This document shows, piece after piece, positions 35,481 through 41,435 of a DNA stretch of 41,435 nucleotides (the stretch's first letter is position 1; each line of letters begins with the position of its first letter). The notes under the pieces are model-generated. The model had not been told where the DNA came from, did no database searches, and was given only the letters and a program-made list of their open reading frames with translations. Origin of the DNA: Fonticula-like sp. SCN 57-25 (lineage: Eukaryota). The position numbers and the translations under genes are program-made. The stretch covers positions 1 through 41,435 of the forward strand of contig MEDX01000027.1 of NCBI GenBank assembly GCA_001724245.1, read 5' to 3'.

Positions 35481-36459
35481 AACAGAATCTGAATCATGGC
35501 CACGTGATAAGCGATGCAGAAATATGGTGGCACAGCCTTCCGTGTTCACCGGAACAGAAAAGGCTACAAGGCGGTAATGGCAAATACAGGTGCTTGTATG
35601 TATGGCAGTGAAATATGCCCTTGGTCAAGCGCTTCATTCTTTATCGAACGATCCTGACGAACGGGCCGGATCGCAAGCATCTTTGTCAAACACATGCGGC
35701 AGCAGGAGCTCACAGATAGTATAACAACATAAAATTGTGAACCTAAAATGTAAATATATATGTATTAACAAATAATAACTTGCATTGATGGCTGAAAAGG
35801 GCGGTGCGCTTTAGCAATGGTGCATAGACGTGACGAGCTATACGCACTATGCTCTGATTGGTGCATTTGTGTGATTAAGATTCACCATTGGTCAGTAATT
35901 CAATAATTTTTTATTTCTTTATCATGAAAATTCTCGTCAACGGCATTAAAGAGCACCTTGCAAATTTGGAGAACCCCTTTTTGCATGCTGTTTTACCAAA
36001 ATACAATCATAAAACTGTATGTTAAATATAGATTTCAAGAGTTATGTTAACATGGATCAATATGTGGATCAAAAAAGGTCCCACTTGAATTATCATCTCA
36101 ACCTCTATTGTATGGTACTTGTTCCTCAACGTACACTAAAAAATTTTCAACCGCGGGGCGGGGCGAGCCGGCGCGTTATTTCCTTATATGATCAAGAGAT
36201 ATTGAAACATAGTCAAGTTGGAAATTTACAAACCCACGACTGATATTCATTTCTGCATCATTTTTCGCACCCCTTTGCACGTTGGTGATAGACCAGCCGT
36301 TCGCCCGCCGCGTCCGACACTTTGTGTGCGAAACGTGGCGCTTAATAGGTGCCTTTGTTGTACTGCCACACGGTTGTGGCATGGCTGCGACCATAGTCGG
36401 TATCATTGAAACCATCAGCAACGAGTCTAAAGTGTATATTATTTCAATTGGATTCATTG

Positions 36460-38191
36460 TTACAGGTTGGACTTGAGCGGCTCCACGAGCAGCTTGTCCT
36501 TTAATTTTTGGATTGTATCTTTGGAGACGCCCGCCTGCGAGAGGTAGTTTTCGACGCTGCCCCACTTCTTCTCAAATGCCTGCATTGTGAGGAGCATGCT
36601 CTCTGCCCTTGCGGACATGAGACTGACGGCCTGGTCGTCGCTGAGCTTACCCTGGAGCCCGGCGATGCGCGCGAGCGTCCCGGGCGTCCTATCGGCGAGC
36701 CTCTCCGTCTGCTCATAATCCCACGCAATAACGTCCTTGTCGACACCAAAGAGGGAGAGGAGCAGCATTGAGAGGATCCCGGTGCGGTCCTTGCCCGCCG
36801 TGCAGTGGAACACGACGCCCGCCGGCGAGTCGGCGATGAGTGTGAGCGCGCGGCCAAACGCGGCCATCCCGGTCTGCATCATGTACATGTACGCCTCGAC
36901 AAAACCCGGCACGCCGCTGGCGTAGAGCGAGAAGCGGCGCTCGAGGGCGGCGGGCGAGTAGTCCTCCTCGCCAAAAATGGGGCATGCAATATGTTCGACG
37001 CGCGCGATGGCCGGCGACGCGCGGATGCCGCGCTCCCTGTCCGACCGCAGGTCGAGCACCCATTGGACGCCGAGGTCGTGGAGCACCTGGTGGTCGTTCT
37101 CGTGCAGCTCGCTCAGCTCGGCGGACCGGAACAGCACGCCGGGCCGCGTCACGCATCCGCCGCGGGCCGGGTACCCGCCAAGGTCACGAAAGTTCTGCAC
37201 ACCTTCCAGCGTCACCAGGCGCGAGCGGGGAATGACTGCAAACGCACGGTCAAGCGCGGCGCGGCGTTGGGGAGCTTCAAGCCACGTCGTGATCACCGAC
37301 ACAACCTCCTCATCTAAAGGGCAGCATGTTGAGCATGCGGTACGCGCGGCAAAGGAGGGAAAGAAAATGCAAACAGGACGTACGGCGGCCTTTAAAGTAG
37401 TGATCCGTGTCGCGCATGAGGACGAGCGAGTGGTTCTGGATGGTGTTGGCAAAGAGGGACGAGTCCTCGACGGGGACCACCGCATCGTTCAGGCCGTGAA
37501 CAGTAAGCACAGCGGTGCTCGGCGGGATGTTTTGCGCTGGCGAGCACGTCAGACACACACTCACACTAACCAAAATGAAGAGACGCACTGATGGTCATGT
37601 CGAGAGAGCTAAAGCCGTCAAAGTCCTCCTTGGTCACGCGCAGCGATGCCGGCTGGCCGCGCGAAAGGTACTTCCAATCAAACCACCCATGCTCCGATAG
37701 GTGCCGGCGCTCTTCCTCCGTGTGCTTATTGAGAATTCGCGACATGTCAAACCGGCCCGCGAGGTTCACCGCAAAGAGAAGGTTGCCGTGCAGAGCAGTG
37801 TACCGCATGGCGCCAGTGCCGCCGCGAGAGTGGCCAATCACGCCCACGACCTGATAGCCGCGGCTCTCGAGCCACGCAGCAACAGACACCGTGTCTTCCG
37901 TGTCTTCCGTATAGCCGCAGTACTTGACAACGCCCGCGCTATCGCCATGCCCGCGAAGGTCAAAGCGGAACGACGAGAACGGGAGGCGAGCCGCAAGAAG
38001 CGGGAAAAACATCGAGTCGCGGTGGCCTTCAAAAGGGCAGTGAGCAAAAGAGACAACAAGCAATACACAACAAGGGACGAACAGAGGATTCCATGCAGAA
38101 GGATAACAACGCGCTTGGGCTCGCTCGGGTTCACCCGAAGCGTCCCGGCGATGCGGCCAGCGCCGCCGTCAATGTACTCGGTGGTCTCCAT
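36460..38191 (-). CDS. Alpha/beta hydrolase fused to a PtpB/Y_phosphatase3-type Cys phosphatase, 4 exons
   Basis: HG oxyanion motif, GHSRGG nucleophile elbow, VHGLNDAVVP and DHYF, joined in frame after splicing to VQNFRDLGG..FRSAEL..DLRS..HCTAGKDRTG; ends PLKSNL. Confidence 0.88.
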
Positions 38192-38415
38192 TCACTGGAG
38201 GGGCATCTAAATCTGACTCGCAAATCGAGAATGAAATCAACGAAGGGAGCCACGAAACCAAAGACGTAGGGGATGCAAAAAAAGATGCAGACAAGGATGA
38301 GTGGATAAATATGCAACAACGAGGGTTACTGGGTGTGTCTTTAGTGTGTGCAGCCCCTGCAGAGCCCTTGCAAGCAGTCTTCTTCTACCTCCACGAACAA
38401 AAAAAAGAACAAAAA

Positions 38416-38487
38416 AGGAGCCGGGCGGAATTGAACCACCGACCCTTCGATCTGCAGTCGAAAGCTCTACCACTGAGCTACAGCTCC
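38416..38487 (-). tRNA. tRNA-Cys(GCA)
   Basis: GGAGCTG/CGGCTCC acceptor stem, D arm GCTCAGTGGTAGAGC, anticodon arm TTCGA-CTGCAGA-TCGAA, T loop TTCAATT, U73 discriminator, immediately followed by T-runs (Pol III terminator). Confidence 0.97.
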
Positions 38488-38595
38488 TGAAACAGAAGTC
38501 AAATTATTTGTCTTAAGAATCTACCGTATGGTTTGTTTACTTGAAGCGTCGGCTTCAGACGCACCTTGCATCAGGCCATTTCTCCTTGCAAGGGC

Positions 38596-40189
38596 ATGCA
38601 AGTGTGCGCGCGCAGCGGGACCGGGGAATCAATTCAGAAAGAGCGGTTGCTAACGCAGCCTAACAGGTCTGTTGCGGCCCCTGGTAAGGTGCTGCTTACC
38701 GGCGGGTATTTGATAACGGAGCGCGGTTATGGCGGCGTGGTTCTTGTGACTGACGCGCTCTTTGTGACGGTACGTGGCCGCATCGGCAGAGACCGGGTTC
38801 ATGTTGAATCGTCGCGCTGACGGCAAGCGCGCAGACGGCATCGCAGTCGTCGGAGCGTCGACCGTACTCGGTGAGTGTTTCGTCGCCGCAGTTTGGCTGG
38901 TCGGCAGAGTACCGCGTATCCGTCGAGGACAATGTGCTGCATCTTGATCAGGTCGATCAAGCGGCGCTCGCGAACCGCTATGTCCAGATCGCCGCCTTGA
39001 GCGCCCTCTCGTACGCCTACAAGGAGAGCCGGTCGCTCTTTGATGCCGCTCTTGCTGCCGGCATCAGCGTAGTCATCCTCGGCGACAACGACTTTTACTC
39101 GCAGCGGCATGCGGTAAGTTCAGTTCCTTTGGCGTATCCGTCTAACACGCTTTTTGCGCGTAGCTTCCGCCCGGCACCCGCCCATCGGCCGAAGCGCTCT
39201 CGCGTCTGCCTGCCTACAACCGCCTCCCGACTGACGCGCTGAGCAATCTGCGCAAGACGGGTCTTGGCAGCTCTGCGGCGCTGGTTACGTCCGTGGTTGC
39301 GGCCCTTCTCCACTACGTCGATCCGTCGACGCCGCTGTCGCAGCAGCGCGAAAAGATTCACAATGTGGCGCAGCTCGCGCACTGTCAGGCGCAGGGGCGC
39401 GTCGGAAGCGGGTTTGACGTATCGAGCGCCGTGTATGGCAGCCAGCGCTACGAGCGCTTTTCTGCGTCGGCGATTTCAGAGCTGCTAGCGCAAGGGACGC
39501 CTGCTCGCTCGCCGCCGCTGTCAGCACTCTATGACGCGCTGCGTCCCGGGGGAGCAAACAGCGCCTGGGATGGGTCCGTGGCGCCCATTTCGCTACCGCC
39601 GGGGCTCTGTCTTGTGCTCGGCGACATTGACGCCGGCAGCAATACGCCCTCGCTCGTCGGCGCCGTCAGCAGGTGGCGAGCCAGCGACCCGGTTGTGGCA
39701 GCCGCGCTGTGGACTGAGCTAGCCGCTGCCAACGAGCGCGTCGAGATGCTGCTCCGCCACCTCGCCACGCTCTCAAGCAACGTGTCATACTCTTCCACTC
39801 TAGAGCGCCTCGCAAAGGCGCCGGCTGCCGAATGGGTCGGCGACGAGCCCGTTTCGCGCGCCCTCACGGACCTCGCGCAGGCTTTTCTTTGCGTGCGCTC
39901 GCTGCTGCGTGACATGGGCAGCGCGGCGGGGGTGCCCATCGAGCCGCCCGAGCAGACCGCCCTTCTGGACCGCTGTATGGCACTGCCCGGGGTTGTGCTG
40001 TGCGGCGTGCCGGGCGCCGGCGGGTACGACGCCATCTGCTGCCTCGTCCTCGGCGAGGGGGCCCGGAAGGCCGTTCTCGACAGCTGGCGGAACGCACCAG
40101 AGGGGGAGACCAACGTCTGCCCGCTCCTCACCACCGCCGGAGGCAGCGGCATTCGCGTCGTAGACACACCCGTAGAGGCCAAGTTTTGA
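38596..40189 (+). CDS. ERG8: Phosphomevalonate kinase, GHMP (Erg8) type, 4 exons including an 8-nt first coding exon
   Basis: APGKVLLTGGYLI, GDNDFYSQ, KTGLGSSAAL, AHCQAQGRVGSGFDVSSAVYGS, GSNTPSLV, IEPPEQT and GVPGAGGYDAI. ATGCAAGT|GTGCGC..CTAACAG|G gives MQVSVAAPGK. Confidence 0.95.
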
Positions 40190-40513
40190 ACATTGTATCA
40201 CCAAGAAGGAGGGCAAAGGCGATTGTATACAAGTTATAGATAGTGCATTTTAAGTAGTCAGAAAATTTTGTGACACTGTACAAAAAGACATGTTTGCGCT
40301 TTCAAATGCTGGTTTTGACCTCCATGCTCTTCTGCAAAAGACGCGGGGCCGAATAGGCCAACTCGAAATAGGCACTCCACACCCCATCCCCAAGGCAAAA
40401 CTCAACAGCTACCAAAACAAATGAAGCAAACTTCGACAACCAACACAAACGGCAAACCGAAACAACAGCAACGGACAAGCAGGACTAGAACGTGCTGCCA
40501 ACGTCAAACTTAA

Positions 40514-41195
40514 TTAAGCGCCGTGAACCTTGAGCTGCTCCTTGGGCGCAATATCATTCTCAATCAAGATATCACGGATCTTGACGCGGTGGTCGCCCTG
40601 GAGCTGAATAACCTCACCAAGTTCCTTGTGGACGACGATGGTGCCGTTGCAGCAAAAGTCCTTCTTGAACACCTTGATGAGCTTCTCGATCTTCTCCGGG
40701 GGGAGATAGTCCTTAAGGCCCTGAACAGTAGTCAAGGTCTTGCGACCGTTGCGCTGCTGCAAACGAATATCTGTTGTGCGGTTAAGGAAAAAAAGGAGAG
40801 AACGAGTTCAACCATAAACAAAAGAAAGAGCAAATCACGACGAGACGGGCAATCAGTGTAACTATGACACACGAATGTGAGAGCTTCAACCAGCCCGAAG
40901 GCAGGGGATCCCAGAACGGGTTCACTTTCAGCCAAAAAGTTATCATCAACTTGACCCGCCAGCTTCGCACACGAAATGCTCCCAACGACCATTGCACACA
41001 AACATCACACAGGCCAGAAATAAAATTAATGGTATGAGCGGATACGGACTACACCGGCAGTACCAGCGTCGGAGGCGTCACCAGTGTCGGCAAAGGGGTC
41101 TACACAAATGAAATCGAGCATGTCAGCAACGAAGCATCTCCCCGGACCTGTCGACGCGTACCGTAAGCCTTGAGGTTTTCGATTTCGCTACTCAT
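40514..41195 (-). CDS. SUI1: Translation initiation factor eIF1 (introns 41100-41161 and 40771-41045)
   Basis: Spliced MSSEIENLKAYDPFAD...VHIRLQQRNGRKTLTTVQGL..KKDFCCNG..GEVIQLQGDHR..KVHGA. Confidence 0.97.
40845..40959 (-). ncRNA. Intronic box C/D snoRNA, snR63/SNORD46(U46) type, guiding 2'-O-methylation in LSU rRNA helix 69
   Basis: C box TGATGA (40948-40943), D box CTGA (40856-40853) and terminal stem GCGGG(T)CAA/TTGCCCGT. The guide GTCATAGTTAC next to box D is complementary to the conserved LSU sequence GUAACUAUGAC. Confidence 0.88.
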
Positions 41196-41435
41196 GCAGG
41201 AGAAAGAAAGCGACTTTTCAGTCCTTGGGTGGTGGTTAACGAGAGATTGGCTGTTTAGCGCTGCAGGCAAGGATGGATGATGCGCAAGATGCTCCTCCTA
41301 GCGGGCGACAGCGCGGATGGAAGCGGATGCACTCTGGATGGGGCGTCCAGAAGATTCAGAAACTTGGTCAGGCCAGAGGCTGACGTCATCAACGAATTTC
41401 GTTGAAATCATTGTATTACACAGTCATCATTACGT

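Noticed and set aside
35535-35570. Hairpin AGCCTT..TGTTC/GAACA..AAGGCT followed by ACA, resembling an H/ACA snoRNA half
   Set aside because: The pocket-to-ACA distance is about 9 nt rather than 14-16, and there is no partner hairpin with an H box.
35649-35673. CTGACGA inside a CGATCC/GGATCG hairpin, resembling a hammerhead ribozyme core
   Set aside because: No stem II followed by GAAA and no compatible cleavage triplet.
1-41435. Alternative genetic code, programmed frameshifting or non-canonical splice sites as an explanation for fragmented ORFs
   Set aside because: Every junction I traced is resolved by ordinary GT-AG introns under the standard code.
1-41435. CRISPR arrays, prokaryotic defence systems, transposases or retroelement ORFs
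   Set aside because: No regularly spaced repeats or transposase/RT/integrase motifs were seen; the DNA is eukaryotic and intron-rich.

Overview
Gene-dense, GC-rich eukaryotic nuclear DNA with many short (mostly ~40-80 nt) GT-AG introns (5' GTRCG, branch CTRAC, YAG). The gene content points to a non-animal opisthokont, probably on the fungal side (early-diverging fungus or nucleariid-like); this placement is inference. I can reconstruct 21 protein genes: partial PRP4, a secreted ceramidase-like hydrolase, an ADF-H/tropomodulin fusion, a UBA-UBX-LRR protein, NEDD1, a TLC-domain protein, HRD1, TBCD, TMEM19, TTC39/IML2, URA3, zuotin/DNAJC2, an RGS protein with repeated KLxxFFG motifs, a SYCP3-like coiled-coil protein, a 161-aa tropomyosin, an MGRN1/RNF157-like ligase, PET100, GGPP synthase, an alpha/beta-hydrolase-phosphatase fusion, ERG8 and eIF1/SUI1. 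RNA genes are a normal tRNA-Cys(GCA), a tRNA-Leu(TAG) with a broken acceptor stem, and a C/D snoRNA (snR63/SNORD46 type) inside the long eIF1 intron. The most notable observations are animal-type SYCP3 and tropomodulin homologues in a fungal-like genome, and a ~0.7 kb structured non-coding region ending at the mismatched tRNA-Leu. Family assignments rest on motifs recognised by eye; no searches were run.
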